From the NCBI GenBank assembly GCA_035271645.1, contig DATERJ010000012.1, forward strand, positions 93,551 through 157,550: a stretch of DNA of 64,000 nt, in the 5' to 3' direction. The position numbers were made by a program, and so were the translations under genes. This DNA comes from Candidatus Dojkabacteria bacterium (GTDB lineage Bacteria; Patescibacteriota; Dojkabacteria; SC72). The notes under the pieces were generated by a model, which saw nothing but the letters and a program-made list of their open reading frames with translations, did no database searches and was not told the origin of the DNA. Shown piece after piece: positions 30,201-38,945 of this stretch. Positions within the stretch are counted from its first letter, which is position 1. The number at the start of each line of letters is the position of its first letter.

Positions 30201-31193
30201 ACATTAGGTGCATTAATTATGATGATTCTAGGTGTAATTGCCCTACTCTTTAAACCATTCAAGAAGCTAAACTATGCTCTTCTTACTGGTCTAATGGCAG
30301 TATCATTTGTAACCCTACTTACTCCTAACAGAGTATTAGCAGAAGACAGTGATATTAAGGTAAGAATTATGCAACCAGCAACTCCAACAAACAAGAGTAG
30401 CTTTAATGTCGGATTTGTAGCATTAGACCTTAAGAACAATCCAATTACAGTAGAATGTTACAAAGATGCAGTCCTGTTTGAAACACTTCCAAATGTAAAT
30501 ACAGGTAATTGTCCAGCAAAAGTAGATGCAAGTGGTACATATACTTTCTATGTCATTGCAAAATCTACTTCAGGTGAGCAAAAATCAGCAGATGTAACAG
30601 TAGTGGTAGATTTAGAAAAACCATCACCCGTAATTGATTACTCAAAAGCAGGTAATGTATTAAAGTTCAAAACAGCAAATGATGGTAAAACAAAGAAGGT
30701 TGAAATCCATAGGTCTACAACACCAAAATATACTGCAAATGAAAGTACAAGAATTCATACCATGGATGTATTACCAAATACAGAATACTCATGGACAGAT
30801 ACAACAGCAGAAACAGGAAAAACATACTACTATGCTCTTAGAACAGTAGATGCAGTTGGAAACGTATCTACAATAGTATCAGACCCTGAGGTTAAGATTG
30901 TACCACCTACTACAACAGGTACAGGAACAACAGCTACTGTTACTACTCCAACAGAAGGTGAAGTAGCTGGTCAAACAGATACCAAGAAAGAAGGAGAAGT
31001 AGCAGGTGAAGCAGATGACCTTGTAGAGGGAGAAGAAAAAGATGTAGAGAAGAAAGAAGAAACAAAAGAGGATACAAAGGCTGATTTGAAAGAAACAGGA
31101 AAGAAGATTTTAAACAAATGGTACATCTGGGTTGTAGCAATCCTAGTACTTGGAGGAGTAGCATTCTATGTCAAAAAACAAAAGAGTAATTAA
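24258..31193 (+). CDS. Giant surface protein: signal peptide, vWA domain, prealbumin/SpaA-like and SdrD-B-like repeats, DUF11-like domain, internal LPDTG sorting signal, second exported domain and C-terminal TM
   Basis: DTSGS MIDAS motif, repeated ..VTCTFTN units, ISG.KW.D..G repeats, LPDTG at residue 1972. Confidence 0.85.
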   Translation: MKFNKKSFWKSLYKISTVLFLVGYNFAPVALAAEEISNLEPDSNQSVSVTTEDTSEDILDEGISNPEGIAKGENVKGEEAQKSVSLQDTVSKKENDSQTKIELKASPMGNSDFINITSVTVDNQSHTTVVRPGTVRVRVDATKNIPWGSTYYKLSNNKYACVVKSDTEGTTHEFDLDIGMDVGLGEYDLSITAYERSDCSTGWFWNPSYKSDTKVLAKAVKVQDAPNPLLGQTCGLDISLVLDTSGSIGSTKLQQMKEAFYLLIDSLKGTPTRFSLVEFNTKAYVRQDFTDDFDLVKTKIAQFQSSGRTNWYDALLKSESTFDPRLDKADLIVFASDGNPNEPSNALNKAIEQANLIKGDDIRILGIAIGMNVNLNNMKAITGPNLNTGDFRTSDVISADFDTLADQLGKFASDTCGGSISINKYIGSLGTKGGAGWEFTVTPSDPLLKLVTDENGQVNSGELSVGTYSVIETSLSGHNFVSASCKKGSGILVGQPTKNGVKNIPVNADDIITCDFINDLSCKAGQHTLEGQIKGNGYTTGQLCAGSGACWAEGDNVPARLTITGLEVGTSYSAIVSHDFENAYGKVGYVNFNNVHSGNNTATNITLSEPTIEGTGPTTKKYTITFTPTNSTVQLDWNALLSDEAGEWSGGSLHYRLEDGVCGGLGKREIPINPNQIQIKGSIKPIKSSENNINPTQWSFNISGLVNVNNVASGEKATGLPLGDKNADATYTITETGLSGYELVSVSEPCVLDDDGKVTVTLTKANPDVECTFVNKLMVGNIIVKKVTEPSGSTEVFTFTTTGTGYNGFTLTDATSNTQTLVPGTYTVSESLTELQKDSWYLKSSTCDSSIVGKSQSPSNLNLASGETVTCTFTNTQYGSISGHKWNDADGSDLTTDDRTGVKNWRIFIDENGDEKYDEGEKVLLTDENGFYKFEDLKPGTYVIVEDMNSLDGWYGLKEGISHTVYVGPGKDVEDVDFVNVKYGSITVLKNVDGNGDGDLDDEVDVKGSDQWNWTINSADAGKTGSTQSNLKTGEYIINEKDGPVGYSLVSVECTGSEGMKTDADGTTTVNLKSGENVTCTYTNARDTGTLIVEKIVVDADGGILQAKDFSFKVDMINEDESTTEYISPTYFTPNTENPLSGKNTITLVPTGTYSITEVEANQRGYTTTYSDNCTNNVNIQKGDTVTCTITNTPSAPTLKIVKDVINDNGGNATISTFGITLTDTPLTFGDGTPVNETTTRYEATPTVVANKTYTLSELDKTKTGYEQKKLECLDTDTNTRVDNKGVFRLNLGQNIECKIVNDDIVPVLILDKEVNNKDLPWYLRKSASAWTLTATGPTTLSGKGRSNYANDVPSGKKFKAGTYTLSETNIPGFKSVNGWVCNGVALGEDNKITLGVGDRVTCKIVNESVYGKIIVKKLVEPKTDPTLFTFTGDVAGIIGHNGEISKYVIPGEYSVTEKSKDGWNLRDLTCTDPTNNSSQDSTNKYKANINVGDNETVRCTFTNEKLGIISGFKYEDKNGNGKWDVLPLFSELPLRGWRIFIDLNNDGVLNVGEPSTTTDVFGSYTFTNLPVGGTYVVREVQQDGWTQTTADPAPITIAAGDVRLLVNFGNFKDATINVTKDVVGIDGKANVADTHEFTALLNDETVGKIIAEGTTATYKVANGAHTITEAEDEDYTSLGCFIGDEEFTNYSVKSGQTYNVVCKNAQLPATLIVRKNVVNSEGKDEGVFSDDQFDIVLGEETQQIADTANGKQPAIFEGLQPGVHTFTETPKEGYIFEGCTDDGEVTLGSNQTLEVVCTNKVIDPILKIEKSNDAVSSLLAGDMVTYTITVTAPIDDIEEGTYVLNNVVVSDIAPAGFKYILGSWTVEKNSVDITDEVPEPTYNDTNVAQWMIGDMKEGDVVVLTYRTRISLLQDPGNYPDIAWVAGTSLIDGAVLGASTVDPLTPFVGTDVTVIEPDIVEEGEVLGASITLPDTGASTYLTLGALIMMILGVIALLFKPFKKLNYALLTGLMAVSFVTLLTPNRVLAEDSDIKVRIMQPATPTNKSSFNVGFVALDLKNNPITVECYKDAVLFETLPNVNTGNCPAKVDASGTYTFYVIAKSTSGEQKSADVTVVVDLEKPSPVIDYSKAGNVLKFKTANDGKTKKVEIHRSTTPKYTANESTRIHTMDVLPNTEYSWTDTTAETGKTYYYALRTVDAVGNVSTIVSDPEVKIVPPTTTGTGTTATVTTPTEGEVAGQTDTKKEGEVAGEADDLVEGEEKDVEKKEETKEDTKADLKETGKKILNKWYIWVVAILVLGGVAFYVKKQKSN

Positions 31194-31830
31194 CAAAAAG
31201 GTTCTAGTAGGAGTAATATTACTCCTACTAGGCCTCACTGCCCTTCTCTTGACATACTGGCCAGTAATTAGGGCTAAGATATCTCAATGTAGGTTCTCAG
31301 AACCATCTACAACCAATGTAGTTATATCCGAAAATCAAGATATTACCAAAGAGATTACCCCAGATACAGAAGAAGTAATCCTAGATCCAAAGTTCGGTTT
31401 GTATATTCCTAAGATTAAATCTAATGCATCAGTTGTAGCTGATGTAAATGCATATGACAAGGGGGAGTATATCAAGGCATTAGAGACGGGTATTGCTCAT
31501 GCAAAAGGTACAGTAACACCTAACAAAGAAGGTAATGTATTTCTTTTTGCACACTCTGCTGTTAATTTCTATGAAAGAAACAAATATGATGTATACTTCT
31601 ACCTTCTTCATGAATTGAAAAAAGATGATGAAATATTTGTAAGTTATGATGGCATTATCTACAAATACAGAGTTCAAGAGGTAAAAATTGTAAACAGAGA
31701 TGAAGTTAAATACTTAAGTAAATACTCTGATGAAGATACCCTAACCTTAATGACCTGCTATCCTGCAGGTACAGACTGGAAGAGAACCATAGTGATTGCA
31801 CACAGAGACAATACGACTCCTTTTCTTTAG
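31168..31830 (+). CDS. Sortase
   Basis: N-terminal TM, LYIPKI, GNVFLFAHS, LTLMTC, R; overlaps end of substrate gene. Confidence 0.9.
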   Translation: MSKNKRVINKKVLVGVILLLLGLTALLLTYWPVIRAKISQCRFSEPSTTNVVISENQDITKEITPDTEEVILDPKFGLYIPKIKSNASVVADVNAYDKGEYIKALETGIAHAKGTVTPNKEGNVFLFAHSAVNFYERNKYDVYFYLLHELKKDDEIFVSYDGIIYKYRVQEVKIVNRDEVKYLSKYSDEDTLTLMTCYPAGTDWKRTIVIAHRDNTTPFL

Positions 31831-31905
31831 AGTTACCACCTTGTTCGTTTTTTCCACATAGTAGTGTATACTGAAATTGGTTAATTAAATTATTAGTTAA
31901 TACAT

Positions 31906-32289
31906 ATGACAAAAAGATATCAAGTATACAAATGTAATATCTGTGGAAATATTGTAGAAGTATTACATGAAGGAGGTGGTACGCTAGTATGTTGTGCTCA
32001 AGATATGGTCCTTTTTGAAGAGAAAAAAGAAGATGAAGGTAATGAAAAACATCTACCTGTTGTAAAGATAGAAGGTAACAAAGTAGTTGTAGAGGTTGGT
32101 TCAGTCCCCCACCCTATGGAAGAAGTACACTACATTGAATGGATTGAGGTAATCAATGGTGATGAAAGCAAGAAAGTGTTTCTTAAACCAGGTCAAGAAC
32201 CTAAAGCAGAGTTCCTTTTTGAAAATATTGGTAAATTAAGAGTCAGAGAATACTGCAATCTTCACGGTTTGTGGGAAGTAGAGGTTTAA
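31906..32289 (+). CDS. dfx: Desulfoferrodoxin (superoxide reductase)
   Basis: CxxCGN..CC, EKHLP, HPM..HYI, YCNLHGLW. Confidence 0.93.
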   Translation: MTKRYQVYKCNICGNIVEVLHEGGGTLVCCAQDMVLFEEKKEDEGNEKHLPVVKIEGNKVVVEVGSVPHPMEEVHYIEWIEVINGDESKKVFLKPGQEPKAEFLFENIGKLRVREYCNLHGLWEVEV

Positions 32290-32293
32290 TTTT

Positions 32294-32719
32294 CTACTGA
32301 TTTGAAACTACAAAGGAAACAGTAGCTTCAGAACTCGCAGAAAATGTTCCTCTTTCTGTAAACTCCTCTATCACCTGTATACAGTTTGTATCTGGCTCAG
32401 GTGATAGTACAGAGAGATTAACAGTTACTTGTTCAGGAAGGCTTTCGTTAATGAACACCTCATGTTTTATTTCATGACAAGGACTTGGTTTGGTTCCAGT
32501 AATTGTATACTCCCAGGTGTTCTTTTCTTTGTATTTTGCATCAAACTGATATCCATCCTGTTCTATACTAACACTCTTCTGCTCTATTTTAACGATATTA
32601 TTATCTACAGCATCATCAGCCTTGTTTTTATCTAAAACAAAAACCTTAACCAATATTCCTCCAATGATTGTTAGAATTATGATTAACATACCTACTCCAA
32701 ATACATTGTTTCTGTTCAT
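32294..32719 (-). CDS. Membrane-anchored hypothetical protein
   Basis: N-terminal TM; PSPC...CIQV pattern. Confidence 0.6.
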   Translation of the reverse strand: MNRNNVFGVGMLIIILTIIGGILVKVFVLDKNKADDAVDNNIVKIEQKSVSIEQDGYQFDAKYKEKNTWEYTITGTKPSPCHEIKHEVFINESLPEQVTVNLSVLSPEPDTNCIQVIEEFTERGTFSASSEATVSFVVSNQ

Positions 32720-33351
32720 TTCTTTCCTTTCTTATTATTTGAAATATGACTCTTCCTTTTCTCAACAGTAAATATTGCTAATACTGCGAGACTACCTAGC
32801 ATCATTACAATGCCAGCACTGACTATTACAAAATCAAAATACACTTTGTTTAAACTTGCCAAACTTCCAATCAATATACTAAGCCCTGCTGTAAAGAGGC
32901 TGATAATTGTTTCGTAAAATCCATATTGTAGCCCCTCTATACCACTATCTACATTCATAGCAAAAAGCTTTCTCCAGTTTGTAACACTTAGTGCAACTCC
33001 AAAACCAAATACAAATTGTAGAAGATAGTAGTGCCAAGGTTCTGTTATATGAGGATAGAAGGTATATGGAAGACCCATTAGTATCGTACCTGCTGCAAGA
33101 AGAAGTATCTCATCTTTATCACTCTCAATCTTATCAGTAAGATAGCCCATTGGAATTTGTAATATGGCTCTTGTGAAGAAGTATATTGATGTCCCTATTC
33201 CAACAAATTTTACTGCATCAACACCTAGCTTGTCAGAAAGGTAGATACCAGAGAGCGCGGAAATGATGAGAAAAGGTCCCCATGAAAGCATATCTGAGAG
33301 AGTTAAGAGCATGACTACTTTGTTCGGTCTTTTTCTTTCATGTTTCTCCAT
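32716..33351 (-). CDS. Half-size (6-TM) MFS transporter
   Basis: QIPMGYLTDK motif A; 211 aa. Confidence 0.75.
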   Translation of the reverse strand: MEKHERKRPNKVVMLLTLSDMLSWGPFLIISALSGIYLSDKLGVDAVKFVGIGTSIYFFTRAILQIPMGYLTDKIESDKDEILLLAAGTILMGLPYTFYPHITEPWHYYLLQFVFGFGVALSVTNWRKLFAMNVDSGIEGLQYGFYETIISLFTAGLSILIGSLASLNKVYFDFVIVSAGIVMMLGSLAVLAIFTVEKRKSHISNNKKGKK

Positions 33352-33403
33352 ATATATAGATTACAATGTTGGAAAATATTTATCAATATGTTAAATTGGA
33401 ATC

Positions 33404-35026
33404 ATGAATCTGTCCACTTCTGAAAGTATATCTCTTTATCTATCTGCATTGGCAGGTATTGTTCTTTTCCTCTTCTCAATTCAATCACTTGGACATGAAG
33501 TACAAGCATTAGCCACTGAGAAGTTTCGAAAGAACTTAGTCAAGTGGGTCAAGAACAGGTTTAGTGGTGCGTTAGCAGGGGCTCTATCTACGGCACTTGT
33601 TCATTCTAGCACCGCTATTACAACAATTACTGTTGCTTTGGTGAACTCTGGTGTTATCTCTTTTCATAGTAGCTTAGGAGTTATCTTAGGAAGTGGAGTT
33701 GGTACAACTATTACAGCACAGATTGCACTATTAAGTGACACCCCTATTGCCCCTATTTTAGTAATATTAGGTTTTCTGATGCAATTTCTAGGAAAGAAAG
33801 TTAAGAAGTACAGTAATACGGTTCTATATATCGGCCTTATCCTTCTCTCTTTAGGTTTAGTTTCATCTTCGGTTACTACATTAAGCCAAAATCAGGTTTT
33901 TGACTCCCTATTTACCTCATTCTCCAGTCCTCTTCTTGCATTCCTCATCGCCTTTATATTTACTGTTTTAGTAAACTCTAGCTCCATTACTACTGGTCTT
34001 TTGGTTATTCTGGCCAGTACAGGGGCTATACCTGCAAATATGGCGATAGCGATGGTTTTAGGAGCTAATATGGGGACAAGTATTACCTCTTTAATTGTAA
34101 CTCATGATTACTCTCTCTTTGCAAAAAGAGCTGGATATGCAAACTTCTTCTTTAAAGCGATAGGGTCTTTAATATTCTTGCTTCTCATTAAACCATTTAC
34201 CCACCTTATGACAATGATAACTCCTGATATTGCAGCTCAAGTTGCCCTCTCTCACTTGATTTTTAACCTAGTTAATACCTTCATCTTCTTGCTATTCCTA
34301 ACACCTTTTGAGAAATTTATAAAAATTGTAGTTCCTGGTGATGAGAAAGAGGTTTTGCTAGAGACAAGATATATTGATGAGAGGAAAGATAAGGAGTTTA
34401 AGGAAGAGATTGAGGATATTAAGAATGAGCTAGTATATGCTGTTGATAATACAATACGAATATATGAGAAGAGTCTTGGAATATATTACAATCCTACTGA
34501 AAGGCTAAGATTGGAGATTGAGAAGTATGAGACACTTAACGACTACTTAGATGATGCCATTACAAAAGCACTTCTAGGACTTTCTAGGTACAAGCTATCT
34601 AGGAAAGTAGCTAAAGAGAGTGTTGTGTTAGTTAAGATATCCAATACGATTGAACAACTGGGTGATTTGGGGATAGATTTTGGTGATGTATTTAGAAGGA
34701 TGCACAAGTCTGCTATCTCTCCAGATGAAATACCTCTACAACGACTTACAGACCTCTATGACAAACTCATGGAGCTTTTTGAGGGTATTAAGGTACAGAT
34801 TAAGAAACAGGATATAGATGAGTTAAAGGCTATGAAGGAGTATGAGGAAGAAATCTATGCAATTACTCGAGAGGAGTATGATAGGCATGTACAGAGATTA
34901 CAGGAGAGTACTAGCTATGATGGTAATGTCTTTGTAGATGCTGTCTCTGTTATTGAACTTTCTGTCTCTAAGCTCAGAGATATTAGGAAACTGTTACTAG
35001 GATTTGCTAGAGAGTTTAGTAAATGA
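33404..35026 (+). CDS. Na+/Pi cotransporter family protein with PhoU-like C-terminus
   Basis: TALVHSS, GVGTT, NSSS, GANMGT repeats. Confidence 0.88.
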   Translation: MNLSTSESISLYLSALAGIVLFLFSIQSLGHEVQALATEKFRKNLVKWVKNRFSGALAGALSTALVHSSTAITTITVALVNSGVISFHSSLGVILGSGVGTTITAQIALLSDTPIAPILVILGFLMQFLGKKVKKYSNTVLYIGLILLSLGLVSSSVTTLSQNQVFDSLFTSFSSPLLAFLIAFIFTVLVNSSSITTGLLVILASTGAIPANMAIAMVLGANMGTSITSLIVTHDYSLFAKRAGYANFFFKAIGSLIFLLLIKPFTHLMTMITPDIAAQVALSHLIFNLVNTFIFLLFLTPFEKFIKIVVPGDEKEVLLETRYIDERKDKEFKEEIEDIKNELVYAVDNTIRIYEKSLGIYYNPTERLRLEIEKYETLNDYLDDAITKALLGLSRYKLSRKVAKESVVLVKISNTIEQLGDLGIDFGDVFRRMHKSAISPDEIPLQRLTDLYDKLMELFEGIKVQIKKQDIDELKAMKEYEEEIYAITREEYDRHVQRLQESTSYDGNVFVDAVSVIELSVSKLRDIRKLLLGFAREFSK

Positions 35027-36071
35027 TATTTACTTCTGGAATGAGTTCAATATCATACTGTTCCTTCACATCTCTCTGCATCTCCTTAATGAAATTTAAT
35101 ATCTCCTCTCCTGTTGCATTCATATTTGTAACAACACAGAGAGCATGTCTTTCAAATGTTGCTACATTGCCAATCTTTTTTCCTTTCCAACCTAGCTCAT
35201 CTAGTAATCTTCCAGCAGGAATCTTCAAATATTCATCACTATACCCCTCTGCGGGATATGATTGAAGTTCCTCTATTATCTTAGAAAGGTCATTAAACTT
35301 CTCTACTGTTACAATTGGATTGGCAAAGAAACTACCTGCTGTTCCATATTCTTCAACACTTGGTAATCTTTTGCCTCTCTGTCTTACTATCGCTTCCATC
35401 ACATCTTGAATACTGTATGGTTCTTTAGCGAAAGAATCTAACTCTTCCTTCAATGATCCATATCTTCCGGCTCTTTCATGATAGCTAAGTTCAAATTCTT
35501 TAGTATGTTTCGTTAGTTTAAATATGGTTGATGTAATTAAATATCTATTTTGCCATATATTCTTAAAATTACTCTTTCTGTATCCATATGCACAGTCCTT
35601 AGGTTTTAATCTTTTCTCTTCAAATGTTTCAATATCCAACACCTTTATCTCTTCAATAACCTTACTTATCTCTTGTCCATATGCACCGATATTTTGTGAT
35701 ACTCCTCCACCAACAGTACCAGGTATCATTACCATATTCTCAATTCCTGCATAATCATTCTTAACACACCATCTTACAAACTCATCCCAAATCTCTCCTG
35801 CACTAGCTTGAACATATACATGTTTATCATCTTCTTTAACCACATTTATTCCCTTTAGATTAGGAATTAGTACTAATCCATCCCAATCTTTTGTGAACAA
35901 AACATTACTTCCACCACCGAGGATAATTAGTTTTTCATCTTTGAACTTTTCTAAAACCCCTTTTATCTCTTCAATTGTTTTGGGTATTGCTAGATATTTA
36001 GCTTTTACATCTACTTTAAATGTATTGTAATTTTTTAATGAGGTGTTCTCCTCAATTTTTAAGTTTTTCAT
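35016..36071 (-). CDS. murB: UDP-N-acetylenolpyruvoylglucosamine reductase
   Basis: GGGSN, IPGTVGG, NIGAYG, GSFF.NP, EV.II. Confidence 0.95.
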   Translation of the reverse strand: MKNLKIEENTSLKNYNTFKVDVKAKYLAIPKTIEEIKGVLEKFKDEKLIILGGGSNVLFTKDWDGLVLIPNLKGINVVKEDDKHVYVQASAGEIWDEFVRWCVKNDYAGIENMVMIPGTVGGGVSQNIGAYGQEISKVIEEIKVLDIETFEEKRLKPKDCAYGYRKSNFKNIWQNRYLITSTIFKLTKHTKEFELSYHERAGRYGSLKEELDSFAKEPYSIQDVMEAIVRQRGKRLPSVEEYGTAGSFFANPIVTVEKFNDLSKIIEELQSYPAEGYSDEYLKIPAGRLLDELGWKGKKIGNVATFERHALCVVTNMNATGEEILNFIKEMQRDVKEQYDIELIPEVNIIY

Positions 36072-36152
36072 TAGTTAATATTACAATTTTCAAAGAGATA
36101 TGTTAAGTGGTAGAATGTATAGGTAGTTTAATTAAATTTATTAAATAAATAT

Positions 36153-36554
36153 ATGAAAGGATATGTAGATGATATTGAGAAGATTACAGAAGAGAATACA
36201 AACTTTAGAAAGGTTGTATATACTGGAAATCATCTTCAGTTAGTAGTTATGTCTCTAAAACCAGGTGAGGATATTGGTGAGGAAGTTCATCCTAAGGTAG
36301 ATCAATTCTTTAGAGTTGAAGAAGGTAAAGGAAAGGTAATTATGGATGGTGAAGAGACAGAGTTTGAGGATGGTTTTGCAATTGTAGTTCCTTCTGGTGT
36401 AAGTCATAATGTGATTAATACTGGTGATGAGGATTTAAAGCTTTACACAATCTATACTCCAGCTAATCATATTGATGGTATTGTGCATGCTACTAAGGAA
36501 GATGCTATGGCAGATGAAGAGGATGAGGCATTCTCTGAGAGTGTTAATGCATAG
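36153..36554 (+). CDS. Cupin domain protein
   Basis: IGEEVH..DQFF, VPSG..HNVINTG. Confidence 0.9.
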   Translation: MKGYVDDIEKITEENTNFRKVVYTGNHLQLVVMSLKPGEDIGEEVHPKVDQFFRVEEGKGKVIMDGEETEFEDGFAIVVPSGVSHNVINTGDEDLKLYTIYTPANHIDGIVHATKEDAMADEEDEAFSESVNA

Positions 36555-36570
36555 TACTGAGAAAGGAAAG

Positions 36571-36612
36571 AAGTGGGTCAAATCTGAGCTTAGTCTTGGA
36601 AAAGACCCACTT
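36571..36612. terminator. Irregular hairpin after cupin gene
   Basis: AAGTGGGTC...GACCCACTT. Confidence 0.4.
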
Positions 36613-36739
36613 GTCCTGTAAAATTTAACTTACTAGAAGCTTTGTCTTGTAGTATATTAACTAATCGTAACAAAACAGATATAGTCCTTACTGTATATAG
36701 AGAAATTGATAAGGTAACCACAATCAAGTATAATCTGTT

Positions 36740-37495
36740 ATGCTTGAAAAACTACTTATAGAGAAGAATATATCTTCCATAGGGTTTGATTTGGATAATA
36801 CGCTTCTTGACACAGATCCGTACTATATAAGGGTGAAGGATGCTGTGTTTAAGGAGTTTGTTGATACATATTTTGATGGTAATGATAAGGAAACAATAGT
36901 TGAGAAGTTGGCAGGTGCTGCAGATTTTAGATATAAACATGAGCATCGACATGGTCTTAAACCCACCCTAATCTTTGATGAATGTTACAGTACTATATCA
37001 GATACCTTTCCCAATATCTTAGATGATAGAGTAGATGCTATCTTAGAGAAACATACAAAGGATTTTTACAAAAAGTCTCCTGATTTGTATCCAGAAGCGA
37101 TAGAGTTTTTAAATATACTTACAGAGATGGATAATGTAAAGCATATTTTTGGGGCTACAGATGCACAGGAGGAGTGGTCAAGAATCAAGGTTGAGTATAT
37201 ACTTAAAAGTACTAATTTGAGTAAATTCCCCTACTTCTCAACTGATTTAAAGGTACGAAAGAATCCTACATGGTGGTTGTCTGTTTTTTCAAATCTGCAT
37301 GTTAAACCAGAGAATATTTTGATTGTTGGAGATAATTACTATACAGATGTGTATAGCTCACTTCTTGCAGGTGTAAAGCATGCCGTATGGGTTAATAGAT
37401 ATGGAAAGAGTATTGATGAGTTTGGTGAATATCCCCTACCCGAGCATGCAGAGGTAATGGTTGTACGTAGTATTGATGAAATATTGAAATTATGA
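36740..37495 (+). CDS. HAD-family hydrolase
   Basis: FDLDNTLLD, VGDN..TD. Confidence 0.85.
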   Translation: MLEKLLIEKNISSIGFDLDNTLLDTDPYYIRVKDAVFKEFVDTYFDGNDKETIVEKLAGAADFRYKHEHRHGLKPTLIFDECYSTISDTFPNILDDRVDAILEKHTKDFYKKSPDLYPEAIEFLNILTEMDNVKHIFGATDAQEEWSRIKVEYILKSTNLSKFPYFSTDLKVRKNPTWWLSVFSNLHVKPENILIVGDNYYTDVYSSLLAGVKHAVWVNRYGKSIDEFGEYPLPEHAEVMVVRSIDEILKL

Positions 37496-37596
37496 AATAA
37501 TAATATGCAACACTACCATTAATCCGCAGCATATATCTATTGGTTGTTGCAAAGCAACCTCTTTTGGTTGCTAAAAATAACTTTAGAAATATATAA

Positions 37597-38772
37597 ATGA
37601 GAAATGTCGGAACTGTGGTCAGAGGAATTAGAACTCCAATAATTAAGAATGGTGATAATCTTGTAGATGTGGTTGTTGATTCATTAATTAGAGCTTCAGA
37701 GAGTGAAGGTTTTGAGTTTAACGATAGGGATGTTGTTGGGATTACGGAGGCAGTTGTATCTATATGTGATTCTAATTATGTAACTGTGGATGATGTTGCA
37801 AAAGAGATTGGAAAGAAATTTGGTAACAAAGAGATTGGGCTTGTCTTTCCAATACTGAGTAGAAATAGGTTCTCAATGATACTTGAGGCTGTTCTGAAGG
37901 CTTGTAAGAAGGTGTATATTCTGTTCAGTTTCCCATCTGATGAGGTTGGTAACCATATTGTTGATCCAAAAATGATGGAGGATGTGAGCTTAGATGATTC
38001 TTTTGATGAGAGATGTTTTAGGGATATTTTTGGATATGACTTTAGGCATGAGTTTACAGGTATGGACTACATTGAATACTACAAAAGTTTAGGAAAGGAA
38101 GGACAAGTTATTCCTCATTTCTCAAATGATCCAAGGGAAATATTAAATCTAACAAAGAATGTTTTAGTTTGTAATATTCATGCTAGAGAAAAAACAAAAA
38201 GGTTGGTCAAGGAAGCTGGTGGTGAGATTGTATATGGTTTAGAAGATATTTGTAATGAGGTTGTAGAGGGAAGGGGTTACAATGTAGATTATGGTCTTCT
38301 AGGTGCTAATAAGGTTGGTGATGGAAGCATGAAGTTGTTTCCAAGGGCTAAAGAAGGAAGAGATTTAGTGGTGAAGATACAGGATGAATTATTAGAGAAA
38401 ACAGGTAAGAAAGTAGAGGTTATGATATATGGTGATGGTGCTTTTAAAGATCCTGTTGGACAGATTTGGGAATTAGCAGATCCTGTTGTTTCTCCTGCAT
38501 ATACTGATGGGCTTGTTGGTAGACCTAAGGAGATAAAATTGAAAGTAATATCTGAAAATTGGGATGGTAATGGTGATATTGAGGAGTATGTTAAAAATGC
38601 AATTAATGAGAAGAAAAAGAGTGAGTACAATGGGGAGAATTCTTTAGGAACTACTCCTAGACAGTTAACAGACCTTTTAGGAAGCCTTATGGATCTAACA
38701 AGTGGTAGTGGTGATAAGGGAACGCCTGTGGTATTAGTACAGGGGTATTTCGATGATTATACTGTAAAGTAG
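37597..38772 (+). CDS. CofE-like (F420-0:gamma-glutamyl ligase family) protein
   Basis: GIRTPII..GD, DVVGITE, DLTSGSGDKGTPVVLVQGY. Confidence 0.78.
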   Translation: MRNVGTVVRGIRTPIIKNGDNLVDVVVDSLIRASESEGFEFNDRDVVGITEAVVSICDSNYVTVDDVAKEIGKKFGNKEIGLVFPILSRNRFSMILEAVLKACKKVYILFSFPSDEVGNHIVDPKMMEDVSLDDSFDERCFRDIFGYDFRHEFTGMDYIEYYKSLGKEGQVIPHFSNDPREILNLTKNVLVCNIHAREKTKRLVKEAGGEIVYGLEDICNEVVEGRGYNVDYGLLGANKVGDGSMKLFPRAKEGRDLVVKIQDELLEKTGKKVEVMIYGDGAFKDPVGQIWELADPVVSPAYTDGLVGRPKEIKLKVISENWDGNGDIEEYVKNAINEKKKSEYNGENSLGTTPRQLTDLLGSLMDLTSGSGDKGTPVVLVQGYFDDYTVK

Positions 38773-38777
38773 GCAAC

Positions 38778-38945
38778 AAAAAAGGATGGCAGTCCCAATA
38801 TACCCCATCCAACGGTAGCATTGCATGTATTACTACATACATATTCGGACCTTAGAGACGAAGAAGAGAGAGTGATTCTCAAATCCCGCCACTAAGGCAT
38901 TAATGTTGCAATCATTAATATATCATCTAAAACCTCAGAAGCAAA
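38778..38945 (-). ncRNA. Possible ~140-nt sRNA with own promoter and terminator
   Basis: TTGCTT..TGATATATT promoter-like sequence, CCTTAG/CTAAGG stem, GGATGG/CCATCC stem + T6. Confidence 0.35.
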
